A stretch of 64,000 nucleotides of DNA from Cyanophora paradoxa CCMP329 (lineage: Eukaryota > Plantae > Glaucophyta), in NCBI GenBank assembly GCA_004431415.1, contig QPMI01000040.1:124001-188000 (forward strand). The letters are read 5' to 3'. The notes beneath the pieces are model-generated. The model was not told the origin of the DNA and made no database searches. It saw nothing but the letters and a program-made list of their open reading frames with translations. Below, piece after piece: positions 1 through 13,900 of the stretch (position 1 is its first letter; each line of letters starts with the position of its first letter). A program made the translations under genes and the position numbers.

Positions 1-1023
1 CGCCATGCCGTAACTGCCGTAACTGCCGCCAGCGCCGCGCGTCCGATCGCTTCCGCGTGAGCCACCGCTGCGCGCTTTGGAGTGAGGCGGGCGCGCTAAG
101 CGGCCGGGCCTTGACGACGCACGGAATTCAGGTAGCTATAGCGCGCGTCGGGCGACGGGCTGCGAAAGTTGCGTGGCACCGGCGCCGCTGGGCCGCAGTG
201 GGCGCCCGCTCCGGAGGGCGCCGCCATCGCCGTCGCTGCTGACCCGCACCGGCGGCAACATCGCCGCGCCTCGATTGCCGCTGCCCACCGGCACCGATTC
301 AAGCAGGAATGGACAGCTGCGGTCTTCGGCCCCACGCTTCCCGCGCTGCCGATCCATTCTTGATGCGAGACCCGAGCCCGAAAAGCTGCGCTGGCATCTT
401 GATTCTGGACCGATCTGTGGGGCTTCAGCGTGATAGAAAGCGGGTCTCTCAGCGTTCGCACCGGATGCGCGGCTGCTTGCCGACTCCTGGACATCTTGCG
501 GCCATCGCTTCCAGCCATTGCCGTTGCTTCCGCCGCCTGGCTGTGCGGCGCGGGCCGTCTGGCTGTCCGCCCGCTCGCTTTGGAGCGAGATCTTGTCATC
601 TTGCCCGCTGTGCAGCCCGGGGTACAGCCCGCTGTGCAGGCTCCTTCTGATCACGGCTTCAGCGATGCTTCTCTGCGATTTGGTACGCTCGCGTTCCTTC
701 TCACTCGGCTCCTGTACCGCTCTGATCGCCGAGGCTCGCAGAGCTCGCTTCGCCTCGCGCGCGGCGCCGGCACATGTTCAACCGAAACACGCGCGCGCGA
801 GCGGGGGCCTCGCGCCCGTCGGATCGCACACCATCGCCCTCGCTTGCGACTCTGCCGCATCATCGGAGAGCCCGCGGTGCCCGCGCCCGCCGAGCTCGAG
901 GCCCGTCGACCCGTCGCGGCGCCGGCGCCGGCGGCGCGGTGCGGAGGAGGGCGCGCGGTGCGGCCGCATCTGGTCCGCCCCTCTCCCTCCTATCTCTTTC
1001 TCTTCTCACCGACGGAGGGGCAG

Positions 1024-4000
1024 CCGGGACCTGGACCTCTCGGCGCTGATCGAGGACGACAACGGGATGGAGCTGCTCGTGGCCGGCCAGATCGTCCGCC
1101 TCGACCTCTCCATCCGCCAGGCCGTCTTCCCCGCTTCTCCGCTTCTCCGGTTCTGAGAGGGCGGCGCCGGGGTACGTGCAGGTGTACGAGCAGGTCTGGC
1201 GGCGCTCGCTGGGGGCGACCAGGCCGGTGACGGCCCGCCCATGGTCGTCACCTACCGCCTCCAGGCGCGCCTCTCGGCCTCTCCCTCCATTCCTTCGCCC
1301 GCTGAGGGCGCGGGCAGGGCCTGGACGGTGAGGCTACAGAGCCGATCGTGGACGCGCTGGAGGACACGGCGGGGCCGGAGCGGGACCCCGAGGAGGAGTT
1401 CGCCGCCGCCGCCGTCATGGCCCCCTCCGGCGGCCTCGACGCCCTCCTCGCCCAGGCACGCGCACCCTCTCCCCTTCTGAGCCCAGCTCAGCTGATCTGA
1501 ACTCATCTGAGCTTAGATCCGGTCCTTCCGGACGCTGGACGTGAACGCCGACCTCGTCGCTCTCGTCCTGCGCCTCGCCCGCCACTGCGCCCTCCTCGCG
1601 CCAACCGCGCCCGCGTGCGCCCCGCCCCGCCGGCCCTCCCCCTCCCCCGCGCCGCCTCAGACGCCTCAGATGCTGGCGCTGGGCGGGGTACGCGTGCTCC
1701 TCGACGTGCTCCGCCTGGCCTTCGCGGACGAGCGCCACGCCGACGAGGTCCGGCGCGGCCGCGGCCCAGAGGCGACCCGGCCCCGTCTGATCTCCGGCGC
1801 CTCCGTCCCGCTCCGCAGGCCGAGGCGCTGCTGCTGACGCTGGAGAGCCTGGTGGAGGCGGCGACGGCGGCGGCGGTGGCGCCGGACGCGGCGGCGGCGG
1901 CCTCGGGCGGCGACCGCGAGCGCCTCAGCGACGCGGCGGTCGTCTCCAGCTCCGCATGTTCCTCGAGAAGGCCCGCCCGCCCGCCCTCCGTGCTCGTTCT
2001 CGGCGCCGGCTGACGGCGGCGGCCGGCAGCTCACGAGCCCGCTGGTCAAAACGCACCGCCGCGTCGCCACGACCATGACCCGCGTCCTGCAGGCGCGCCC
2101 CGCCCGCCCGCCCCGCCCGCCCCCGCCCTCCCGCCCCGCCTCTCACGGCGCCCGCCGCGCAGTTCCTGACGTACGGGCGGGCGCCGGCGATGGAGCTGAT
2201 CGCCGACTACTTCGCGCCGCACCTCGACTGGGAGGCGCTCGCGGGGCCGCTCCGCTCCGACGCGCAGGCGCGCCTCCTCGTCGAATGCGCCGTCAAATTC
2301 GCGGACGCCATCCGGGTACCCCCGCCGCCCCTCCCCCTTTTCTTCGCCGCGGCTCACGGCCCCGCGCCGCGCCGCGCCGCAGGACGACGCGAACGGGCAG
2401 CGGCTGAAGGACTGATCCTGGCGCGCGGCGTCCCCGGCCGCGCCGCCGCCTTCCTCGCCGCCACCGTACCCCCGCAAGTTCACGGAGGGCGACGCCGAGT
2501 GGGCGGCGGCGCTGGCGTCGCCGGCGCTGCCTCGGCGCTGCTGCTCCTCACGGGCCTCTGCCGCGGGCATCCGGCCACGCAGCGCGTCCTCCTCGAGACG
2601 AACGTCCTGCCGCTATGCCACTTCCTCGAGCAGGTGCGCGGGGCGCGCGCCGGGGCCGCGCCGCGCCGCGCCGGCCGCTGAGGGGCCGGCCGCCGCCGCA
2701 GATCACGCAGGGCGGGAGCAAGGTGGGGATCCAGGCGGAGAACCTGCTGGAGGCGGCGGCCGGCGGGGAGGGCGGGGCGAGGCGGACGCTGGCGTGCGCG
2801 AGGCGGTGCGGGCTCTGCGGGACGCGACGCGGCGCGAGAAGCGCAAACTCGCCCTCGCCAAGCGCGAGAAGCTCCTCGCCGACCTCGGCATGCGCCTTGA
2901 CGCCGGCGGCGAGTCCGGCGCCGGCGGCGGCGGCGGCGGCGAGGCCGGCGATGCGGCGGCGCCCGAGGCGGGCCCCTCGGGCGCCGGCGGGGGCGGGCGC
3001 ATCGTGGCGAGCCGGGTCCCGGGGGCGCTGGCGGGGGCCGGCGGCCTGGAGGCCATCGACGCGGCGGAGGAGGCCGGCCGGGTGCGCTGCATGGTCTGCC
3101 GCGAGGGGTACGCCTACAAGCCCCGCGAGCCGATGGGCGCCTACGTCTACCTCCGCCGCGTGCCCGTCGGGAGGCGCCCCGCGGGCGCCGGGGGTGGCGC
3201 CGGGGAGCCCCGTGGGGGCGGGCGGGGCGGCTCGGGGCCGGGCGAGGCGGCGTGGCCAGCTCGTCGCACTTCAACACGATCCACTTCGCCTGCCACCGCG
3301 ACGCCACCCGCGCCGAGCGCTCGCTCAAGGCCCGCCCGCCCGCCCCGCCCGCCCCGCCCCGCCCCGCCCCGCCCCGGCGCCGTTCTGACGCGGCGGGGCA
3401 GGTCCCCCGCGAGGAATGGGACGGGGCGACGCTGCGGAACAACCAGACGCGCTGCAACAACCTGTACCCCTCGCCGGCCCGCTCGTCCCGCGGACGCCTA
3501 CGCGCAGGCGACGGACCGCTTCTGGCAGCAGGCGGCGGCCGCGCTGGGGCGGCTCGAGTGCGGCGCGCCGGCGGCGCGCCTGCGGCTCGCCCTTCACGAC
3601 GCGCGCCTCCTCCTCGCCCGCCTCGCCCACCGCGAGGCCTTCGCCGGCGAGGGCGAGACGCTGCGGGGACGCGCGAGTCGAACCTCTGCCTCTGCCCACA
3701 TCCTCTACGCCGCCGCCGCCGCCCTCGACGCCGCCGGCCCCGCCACCCGCGCCGCCTCGCCGCCGCCCTCGCCGCCTTTGCCCAGTCCGGCCCCGCCGCC
3801 GCCGTCTCCGCTGCCGCCGGCGCCGGCATCGCCTCGCCCGGCGGCGGCGGCGGCGCGGCGGGCGCCACGGCGGGCGCCGAGGCGATCGCTGCGGACTTCG
3901 GCGCGGATGGCGGCGCGCACCTCGCGCTCGTCGCCGCCGTCTCTCCTCCCCCCGCCGAGTGGCGCGCCCGCCGCCTCGCCTCCTCCGCCGCGCCCTCGCC

Positions 4001-4506
4001 GCCGGCGCCCGCCACGGGCCCCGCTACGGCGCCCCGCCGCCTCCGCCTCCTCCTCCTCCTCCTCCTCCTCCCGCGCCGCCCCGCCCTCCCCCGGCCCTCT
4101 TCCTCCTCCGCCCCGCCGCGCCCGCGGCGGACTGGGGCGTGGCGGCGTCCGCCGCCTTCTTCGGTCTGGCGTGCCTCGTCCGGCGCGAGTTCGGGGCCCC
4201 GGCGGGGAGCGAGGCGGCCGGCGACGGCGACGCGGTGGCGGCGCTGTGCGAGCGCGTGCGCGCCGACGAGCGGCCCGTCCTCGCCTCCTCGCGCCGCATC
4301 GCCGAGGCCTACGCCGCCGCCTGCGCCGCCGCCGCCCCGCCCGCCGGCCCCGCCGCCCTCCTCGCGCCCTCTTCCCGGTGCGCCCCGTCCCTCCAGATCG
4401 CTCGCCGGCGCGCCGCTCTTCTGACGCTCGTGCAGAGGCGGCGGAGGAGGCGGCGGCGGAGGGCGGCCTGGAGGCCCTCGTCGAGCGCGCCGCCGGCGAC
4501 CGCTGA
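1024..4506 (+). pseudogene. UBR4: UBR4/BIG-like E3 ubiquitin ligase C-terminal fragment, copy 1 (multi-exon; frameshifts may be sequencing errors)
   Basis: Spliced translation RDLDLSALIEDDNGMELLVAGQIVRLDLSIRQ|VYEQVW...PPMVVTYRLQ|GLDGEATEPIVDALED and CMVCREGYAYKP...G.YVY...SSHFNTIHFACH...RAERSLK|VPREEWDGATLRNNQTRCNNLYP. These are the characteristic UBR4/BIG C-terminal (hemiRING) motifs. Stop TGA at 4504-4506. Confidence 0.85.
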
Positions 4507-4639
4507 GCGGCGCGCGCTATCCGAACTGTAGATCTAGAGATATCTCGCAACTGACGTGTAGGTAGAAGAATCATACGTAGGAACTGCTCAGGAACGTGAA
4601 TTGAATCAAATTGAGTTTCCGCTGAGTTGCCCTTCGCAG

Positions 4640-4675
<36 letters not shown>

Positions 4676-4854
4676 TTTTCATTACGTGTGCAATTGATAG
4701 ATTCGATTGAAAAAGAGAAACCACTGCATGCGACCTACGCAAATGCTAAGCTTACAAAACTAGCTCCACTAAATAATAATACACGCTTCTCCAGCGAAAT
4801 GAGGCCGGGGCCATTCCAAGCACTGGCCACGGCCCCACTAGTCAAGCTCCATAA

Positions 4855-7800
4855 TCAGGGAGTTGGTGTCGGTGTGGGATCCACCGGCTTGGTGTAGAAT
4901 ATTTGACTGCCCTGAAGATGGCAGACGTACTGGTAGTTGTTCGCCCTCTGAACAGAGTGGTCCCACGCGTGGTCTAAATTCTTGTTGGGCAGGTTATAGG
5001 CGATGTCGTTGGGAATCTGCAAGCACGTGCAGATCGCCATCTGGTTCCACCCCATTCCGATGCGGACGTCATTTAGGCCAGGGGCAGTGGCAGCGATGGT
5101 GCTGTTGCCCTGGTCCCAGGGCTGGTCGTTGCCATCGCAGGACTCGGGCCCGGACATAACACTGCCCTCGCCCATCGTGATGACGGTGTACGTGGTGCCG
5201 GGGCAGTGTCGTCGCCGCACCGCTGGTAGAATGCGAGCATGGTGTCCGGCTTGGTCACGACGTACGTGTTCGCGTTCTTGCCCTTGCCTTTGTTCTGGGC
5301 GCGGTTGTTCCACCAGTTCGGAGTGAAGCTTGTCGTGTCGTTGGTACCGTCCGACGGGAAGTTCGCATTCGGATACGTCCACGGGTGTGCCGGCGGCCTG
5401 CTGGCCGCTGGCATGCACTGACCCGGTCCAAACGAGGATATATCGGGGTCTATCTCGTCCGACTGGCGGGCGACCTGCACGCGGATGGGCGACGTAATCC
5501 TGCCCGTGCTATCGAGGACGAAGCGGTTGACGGCGATGTTCAGGCCTCCGTTGGCGTTGAGCAGGCCCGTGCTCGTCACAGTGCCGTGATCGAGATGAAG
5601 CCGGTCGTGAGGGTGTTGCCCGACTTGTCGACGACGAAGCGGTTCGTGTTGACCTGCAGGGCCAGGTTGTCTGATCCCATTGCGCTGTCCAGGCTGACGA
5701 CCTTGGAGGTCGTGAAGCCAGCCAGCAGCTGCAGGATGCCCGTGCTCGTCAGCGTGCCCGTCACGCCCAGCGAGCCCGTCACCAGCGCGTTGCCCGAGAC
5801 ATCGATCACGAACTTGTTGGCCATGATGTTGAGCCCGCCGTTCACGTTCAGCAGCCCCGTCGACGTCACCGTACCCGTCACGCCCACTGAGCCCGTCGAC
5901 AGCGTGTTGCCGGACATGTCCACACTGAACCTATTCCAGAGGACGTTCAGACCACTGTTCGCGTTCAGGAGACCCGTGCTGGTCACAGTGCCGGTAATGC
6001 TCATCGTTCCCGTCGCCAGCGCGCTGCCCGAGAAGTCCACGACGAACTGATTCCACATCACGTTCAGCCCGCCGTTCGCGTTCAGCAGTCCCGTGGAAGT
6101 CACGGTCCCCGTCACCCCGACCATGCCCGTCGCCAGCGCGTTGCCCGAGAAATCAACCACGAACTGGTTCCACATCACGTTCAGCCCGCCGTTCGCGTTC
6201 AAGAGACCCGTGCTGGTCACAGTGCCTGTCACTCCGACCATGCCCGTCGCCAGCGCATTCCGGACATGTCCACAATGAACTGATTCCAGAGGACATTCAG
6301 CCCGCCGTTCGCGTTTAGCAGCCCCGTCGACGTCACGGTCCCCGTCACCCCGACTGTGCCGTCGCCAACACATTTCCGGAGATGTCAACAGCGAACTGAT
6401 TCCACCTGAGGTTCAAACCGCCATTCGCGTTGAGTAACCCAGTGCTGGTCACTGTACCAGTTACACCGACCAAGCCGGTCGCAAGCACAGTGCCTGCTCT
6501 GTCGACGGAGAACTTGTTGAACACCACATTCAAACCACCGTTCGCATTCAGAAGGCCGTCGACGTCAAAGTGCCAGAGATTCCAATGGTGCCGGTGGCGC
6601 GGACATTTCCGGATAAGTCAACCACAAAACGGTTTCCATTCACGTTCAGCCCGCCGTTCGCGTTCAGCAGCCCGTCGACGTCACGGTCCCCGTCACCCCG
6701 ACCATGCCCGTCGCCAGCGCATTGCCCGACATGTCCACTACGAACTGATTCCACAGCACGTTCAGCCCGCCGTTCGCATTCAGCAGCCCCGTCGACGTCA
6801 CGGTCCCCGTAACACCGACCATACCAGTCGCAAGCGCGTTGCCCGAAGTGTCCACCAAGAACTGATTCCACAGCACGTTGAGCCCGCCGTTCGCGTTCAG
6901 CAGCCCCGTCGACGTCACGGTCCCGTCACCCAGACCATGCCCGTCGCCAACGCATTGCCAGACGCGTCCACAACGAACTTGTTGGTTCCAACCGACACCT
7001 TCGTGATGTCCAGCATATCCGCAACGGAGACGGTACCAAGCTCAGTAGCCCAGTCGAAGTGAGTGTCCCCGTAATGCCGAGGGTCCCAGTTATGAGCACG
7101 TTACCAGTGAGGTCCACTGAGAACTTGTTGCTCAGAACATTCAAACCGCCGTTCGCGTTCAAGAGGCCCGTAGATGTGACAGTTCCAGTCACGCCCACGA
7201 GTCCAGTCGCCAGCACATTCCCAGAGAGGTCGACAACAAACTGATTTGCCATGACGTTGATGCCTCCATTCGAATTCAGGAGACCAGTGGATGTCAGCGT
7301 TCCAGTTACGCCAAACAAGCCCGTCGCCAACACGTTGCCCGAAGTATCCACCACGAACTGGTTCGCCATCACGTTCAGGAACCCGTTCGCGTTCAGCAAG
7401 CCCGTCGACGTCAGCGTGCCAGTCAGCCCCATGGCCCCCGTGCCCAGCACGTTTCCGGACATGTCCACCACGAACTTGTTCGCCATCACATTCAGGAAGC
7501 CGTTCGCGTTGAGCAGACCCGTGGACGTCACTGTTCCCGTGATGCCGACGATGCCTGTGCTGAGCACATTGCCCAACGGATCCACGACGAACTGGTTCGC
7601 CATCACGTTCAGGAACCCGTTCGCGTTGAGCAGGCCAGTCGACGTCACCGTCCCAGTGATGCCAACCGCACCCGTCGCCAACACGTTGCCCGAAGTATCC
7701 ACCACGAACTGGTTCGCCATCACGTTCAGGAACCCGTTCGCGTTCAGCAAGCCCGTCGACGTCAGCGTGCCGGTCAGCCCCAGGGCCCCGGTGCCCAGAA

Positions 7801-8690
7801 CGTTTCCGGACATGTCCACCACGAACTTGTTTGCCATCACATTCAGGAAGCCGTTTGCGTTGAGCAGACCCGTGGACGTCACTGTTCCCGTGATGCCGAC
7901 GATGCCTGTGCTGAGCACATTGCCCGACGGATCCACGACGAACTGGTTCGCCATCACGTTCAGGAACCCGTTCGCGTTGAGCAGGCCGGTCGACGTCACT
8001 GTCCCAGTAATGCCAACCGCACCGTCGCCAACACGTTGCCCGAAGGATCCACCACGAACTGGTTCGCCATCACGTTCAGGAACCCGTTCGCGTTCAGCAA
8101 GCCCGTCGACGTCAGCGTGCCGGTCAGCCCAGGGCCCCGTGCCCAGCACGTTTCCGGACATGTCCACCACGAACTTGTTTGCCATCACATTCAGGAAGCC
8201 GTTCGCGTTGAGCAGACCCGTGGACGTCACTGTTCCCGTGATGCCGACAATGCCTGTGCTAAGCACATTGCCCGACGGATCCACGACGAACTGGTTCGCC
8301 ATCACGTTCAGGAACCCGTTCGCGTTGAGCAGGCCAGTCGACGTCACCGTCCCAGTGATGCCAACCGCACCCGTCGCCAACACGTTGCCGGAAGTATCCA
8401 CCACGAATTGGTTCGCCATCACGTTCAGGAACCCGTTCGCGTTCAGCAAGCCCGTCGACGTCAGCGTGCCGGTCAGTCCCAGGGCCCCCGTGCCCAGCAC
8501 GTTTCCGGACATGTCAACCACGAACTGGTTTGCCATCACATTCAGGAAGCCGTTTGCGTTGAGGAGACCCGTGGACGTCACTGTTCCCGTGATGCCGACG
8601 ATGCCTGTGCTAAGCACATTGCCCGACGGATCCACGACGAACTGGTTCGCCATCACGTTCAGGAACCCGTTCGCGTTGAGCAGGCCAGTC
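4855..8690 (-). pseudogene. Truncated 3' copy of the giant 39-aa-repeat gene (C-terminal domain plus about 27 repeats), frameshifted
   Basis: Matches 14817-18663 apart from 1-nt deletions. It has no start codon or 5' exons and is cut at the duplication breakpoint. Confidence 0.9.
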
Positions 8691-9922
8691 AACTGTAGCG
8701 GTATCTTGCATCGGTCGTGTAGGTACCGGTAGAAGAATCATACGTAGGAACGGGTAAGGTAGAACGTGAATTCAAAAGTATTGATGATGAAATGGAAATT
8801 TTCTCTTGACACTCGAAGGAAAAAGGCCCCGGCGCGATCCGAGCCCGGGGCGGGCGGGCGTAGTGAACATAGTGCCAAAATGTCGCCCCGGAAACAGCGT
8901 TTTCAGAAGGATCGGAAGGGAGCGCGCCCGGGCAGGCCTGACGGGCGGTCCCGGGCGGACCTTCTCCGCGAGATCTAGAGCTGCTTGCGCTGCAGCTGGG
9001 CCCGCGGCCGTCCGCGCGCGCGCGCGGAGATCTAGAACATGTATCCCTGTCCGTCGCCTTTAAAGATTTCGAATTCAGCGGTACGGGTGCGCATGCGCAT
9101 GTACATGTCTCGCGCGCCGCGGCCGGCGCGCATGGGCGCGCGCCAATTCGTCTTTTTTTCCCCGGTCGTCCCCCTGCGCTTCTCCCCCCCGTTCATTCCC
9201 CCGAATTGTTAGCCACCGGTGGCTAACTTGCGATCGAAGGGTACAGGGTTCGGCCTCCTGAAATTGATCTCATAGAAGAACGAGCTCTCTGTCTCTCTCG
9301 ATCTGGCGCGCTCTACGCAGTCTAGGCGCCACTAATGGCGAGCTGCGGGGTCTACGAATGAGGGGACGGGGCCGGAGGCGAGGCGGAGGGTGGCGGCGGA
9401 GGGCGCCGCCGGCGGCGGCTCCAAGGCTCGGTCAGGGCCGCCGCGAGACCCTCTCACGGGACGGCGCCCCGCGCCGCCCACCAGCAGCGACGCCCGCAGC
9501 GCAGGCTCCAGCGGGCCGGCGGCGGCGCTAGGGCGAGGTCGAGGAGGGCGGGGACTCGCCGGGGAGGGCGCCGGCTAGGGCGGCAGGCCGGCGGCCTCGA
9601 GCTCCAGGCGGCGCTGCTCCTTCGAGAGCGCCGACGAGGCTGGACGCCGCCGAGCCGAGCCCGGCACCCTGCTCCGGGCGGCGTGGCGGAGAGGAGGGCC
9701 GCGAGGGCCGCGCGACGCCGCTGCGGCCGAGCTGCAGGGGACGCTGCAGCGGCGGAGGGCGGCGACACGCCAGGCTCCGGAAGGCGCTGCTGCAGACTCT
9801 GAGAGGAAAGCGAAGAATCGCGATTAGATGGCGTTCACGGACTCGTAGCCAGAGCAGCGTACCGTGCTGCGCCGGGGTGTAGCTGCGCCGCCTGGGCGCG
9901 GTCGGTTGGAGGATCTGCCCGC

Positions 9923-9974
9923 AACTGCCGTAACTGCCGTAACTGCCGCCATGCCGTAACTGCCGTAACTGCCG
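9923..9974. repeat. Short imperfect tandem repeat (AACTGCCGT)n
   Basis: About 5-6 units visible; also present at the window start. Confidence 0.85.
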
Positions 9975-10968
9975 CCAGCGCCGCGCGTCCGATCGCTTCC
10001 GCGTGAGCCACCGCTGCGCGCTTTGGAGTGAGGCGGGCGCGCTAAGCGGCCGGGCCTTGACGACGCACGGAATTCAGGTAGCTATAGCGCGCGTCGGGCG
10101 ACGGGCTGCGAAAGTTGCGTGGCACCGGCGCCGCTGGGCCGCAGTGGGCGCCCGCTCCGGAGGGCGCCGCCATCGCCGTCGCTGCTGACCCGCACCGGCG
10201 GCAACATCGCCGCGCCTCGATTGCCGCTGCCCACCGGCACCGATTCAAGCAGGAATGGACAGCTGCGGTCTTCGGCCCCACGCTTCCCGCGCTGCCGATC
10301 CATTCTTGATGCGAGACCCGAGCCCGAAAAGCTGCGCTGGCATCTTGATTCTGGACCGATCTGTGGGGCTTCAGCGTGATAGAAAGCGGGTCTCTCAGCG
10401 TTCGCACCGGATGCGCGGCTGCTTGCCGACTCCTGGACATCTTGCGGCCATCGCTTCCAGCCATTGCCGTTGCTTCCGCCGCCTGGCTGTGCGGCGCGGG
10501 CCGTCTGGCTGTCCGCCCGCTCGCTTTGGAGCGAGATCTTGTCATCTTGCCCGCTGTGCAGCCCGGGGTACAGCCCGCTGTGCAGGCTCCTTCTGATCAC
10601 GGCTTCAGCGATGCTTCTCTGCGATTTGGTACGCTCGCGTTCCTTCTCACTCGGCTCCTGTACCGCTCTGATCGCCGAGGCTCGCAGAGCTCGCTTCGCC
10701 TCGCGCGCGGCGCCGGCACATGTTCAACCGAAACACGCGCGCGCGAGCGGGGCCTCGCGCCCGTCGGATCGCACACCATCGCCCTCGCTTGCGACTCTGC
10801 CGCATCATCGGAGAGCCCGCGGTGCCCGCGCCCGCCGAGCTCGAGGCCCGTCGACCCGTCGCGGCGCCGGCGCCGGCGGCGCGGTGCGGGAGGAGGGCGC
10901 GCGGTGCGGCCGCATCTGGTCCGCCCCTCTCCTCCCTATCTCTTTCTCTTCTCACCGACGGAGGGCAG

Positions 10969-13900
10969 CCGGGACCTGGACCTCTCGGCGCTGATCGAGG
11001 ACGACAACGGGATGGAGCTGCTCGTGGCCGGCCAGATCGTCCGCCTCGACCTCTCCATCCGCCAGGCCCGTCTTCCCCGCTTCTCCGCTTCTCCGGTTCT
11101 GAGAGGGGCGGCGCCGGGGTACGTGCAGGTGTACGAGCAGGTCTGGCGGCGCTCGCTGGGGGGCGACCAGGCCGGTGACGGCCCGCCCATGGTCGTCACC
11201 TACCGCCTCCAGGCGCGCCTCTCGGCCTCTCCCCTCCATTCCTTCGCCCGCTGAGGGCGCGGGCAGGGCTGGACGGTGAGGCTACAGAGCCGATCGTGGA
11301 CGCGCTGGAGGACACGGCGGGGCCGGAGCGGGACCCCGAGGAGGAGTTCGCCGCCGCCGCCGTCATGGCCCCTCCGGCGGCCTCGACGCCCTCCTCGCCC
11401 AGGCACGCGCACCCCTCTCCCCTTCTGAGCCCAGCTCAGCTGATCTGAACTCATCTGAGCTTAGATCCGGTCCTTCCGGACGCTGGACGTGAACGCCGAC
11501 CTCGTCGCTCTCGTCCTGCGCCTCGCCCGCCACTGCGCCCTCCTCGCCGCCAACCGCGCCCGCGTGCGCCCCGCCCCGCCGGCCCTCCCCTCCCCGCGCC
11601 GCCTCAGACGCCTCAGATGCTGGCGCTGGGCGGGGTACGCGTGCTCCTCGACGTGCTCCGCCTGGCCTTCGCGGACGAGCGCCACGCCGACGAGGTCCGG
11701 CGCGGCCGCGGCCCAGAGGCGACCCGGCCCCGTCTGATCTCCGGCGCCTCCGTCCCGCTCCGCAGGCCGAGGCGCTGCTGCTGACGCTGGAGAGCCTGGT
11801 GGAGGCGGCGACGGCGGCGGCGGTGGCGCCGGACGCGGCGGCGGCGGCCTCGGGCGGCGACCGCGAGCGCCTCAGCGACGCGGCGGTCGTCTCCCAGCTC
11901 CGCATGTTCCTCGAGAAGGCCCGCCCGCCCGCCCTCCGTGCTCGTTCTCGGCGCCGGCTGACGGCGGCGGCCGGCAGCTCACGAGCCCGCTGGTCAAAAC
12001 GCACCGCCGCGTCGCCACGACCATGACCGCGTCCTGCAGGCGCGCCCCGCCCGCCCCGCCCGCCCGCCCCCGCCCCTCCCGCCCCGCCTCTCACGGCGCC
12101 CGCCGCGCAGTTCCTGACGTACGGGCGGGCGCCGGCGATGGAGCTGATCGCCGACTACTTCGCGCCGCACCTCGACTGGGAGGCGCTCGCGGGCCGCTCC
12201 GCTCCGACGCGCAGGCGCGCCTCCTCGTCGAATGCGCCGTCAAATTCGCGGACGCCATCCGGGTACCCCCGCCCGCCCCTCCCCCTTTTCTTCGCCGCGG
12301 CTCACGGCCCGCGCCGCGCCGCGCCGCAGGACGACGCGAACGGGCAGCGGCTGAAGGACCTGATCCTGGCGCGCGGCGTCCCCGCCGCGCCGCCGCCTTC
12401 CTCGCCGCCACCGTACCCCCCGCAAGTTCACGGAGGGCGACGCCGAGTGGGCGGCGGCGCTGGCGTCGCCGGCGCTGCCCTCGGCGCTGCTGCTCCTCAC
12501 GGCCTCTGCCGCGGGCATCCGGCCACGCAGCGCGTCCTCCTCGAGACGAACGTCCTGCCGCTATGCCACTTCCTCGAGCAGGTGCGCGGGGCGCGCGCCG
12601 GGGCCCGCGCCGCGCCGCGCCGGCCGCTGAGGGCCGGCCGCCGCCGCAGATCACGCAGGGCGGGAGCAAGGTGGGGATCCAGGCGGAGAACCTGCTGGAG
12701 GCGGCGGCCGGCGGGGAGGGCGGGGGCGAGGCGGACGCTGGCGTGCGCGAGGCGGTGCGGGCTCTGCGGGACGCGACGCGGCGCGAGAAGCGCAAACTCG
12801 CCCTCGCCAAGCGCGAGAAGCTCCTCGCTGACCTCGGCATGCGCCTTGACGCCGGCGGCGAGTCCGGCGCCGGCGGCGGCGGCGGCGGCGAGGCCGGCGA
12901 TGCGGCGGCGCCCGAGGCGGGCCCCTCGGGCGCCGGCGGGGGCGGGCGCATCGTGGCGAGCCGGGTCCCGGGGCGCTGGCGGGGCCGGCGGCCTGGAGGC
13001 CATCGACGCGGCGGAGGAGGCCGGCCGGGTGCGCTGCATGGTCTGCCGCGAGGGGTACGCCTACAAGCCCCGCGAGCCGATGGGCGCCTACGTCTACCTC
13101 CGCCGCGTGCCCGTCGGGGAGGCGCCCCCGCGGGCGCCGGGGGTGGCGCCGGGGAGCCCCGTGGGGGGCGGGCGGGGCGGCTCGGGGCCGGGCGAGGCCG
13201 GCGTGGCCAGCTCGTCGCACTTCAACACGATCCACTTCGCCTGCCACCGCGACGCCACCCGCGCCGAGCGCTCGCTCAAGGCCCGCCCCGCCCGCCCCGC
13301 CCCGCCCCGCCCCGCCCGCCCCGCCCGCCCCGGCGCCGTTCTGACGCGGCGGGGCAGGTCCCCGCGAGGAATGGGACGGGGCGACGCTGCGGAACAACCA
13401 GACGCGCTGCAACAACCTGTACCCCTCGCCGGCCCGCTCGTCCCCGCGGACGCCTACGCGCAGGCGACGGACCGCTTCTGGCAGCAGGCGGCGGCCGCGC
13501 TGGGGCGGCTCGAGTGCGGCGCGCCGGCGGCGCGCCTGCGGCTCGCCCTTCACGACGCGCGCCTCCTCCTCGCCCGCCTCGCCCACCGCGAGGCCTTCGC
13601 CGGCGAGGGCGAGACGCTGCGGGGGACGCGCGAGTCGAACCTCTGCCTCCTGCCCCACATCCTCTACGCCGCCGCCGCCGCCCTCGACGCCGCCGGCCCC
13701 GCCACCCGCGCCGCCCTCGCCGCCGCCCTCGCCGCCTTTGCCCAGTCCGGCCCCGCCGCCGCCGTCTCCGCTGCCGCCGGCGCCGGCATCGCCTCGCCCG
13801 GCGGCGGCGGCGGCGCGGCGGGCGCCACGGCGGGCGCCGAGGCGATCGCTGCGGACTTCGGCGCGGATGGCGGCGCGCACCTCGCGCTCGTCGCCGCCGT

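Larger units (their letters stand above)
1..8690. repeat. Segmental direct duplication, copy 1 (left end outside window); matches 9947-18663
   Basis: Position 1 (cgccatgccgtaactgcc) matches 9947 and the ORF track repeats with an offset of about 9946. Identity ends at ...gagcaggccagtc (8690 = 18663). Differences are mostly 1-nt indels in C/G runs. Confidence 0.95.

Noticed and set aside
57-4742. Long Arg/Pro/Ala/Gly-rich ORFs on both strands (also 10003-14703 and 46500-57000)
   Set aside because: These result from stop-codon scarcity at very high GC. The real coding signal is the spliced UBR4 and IPT exons.
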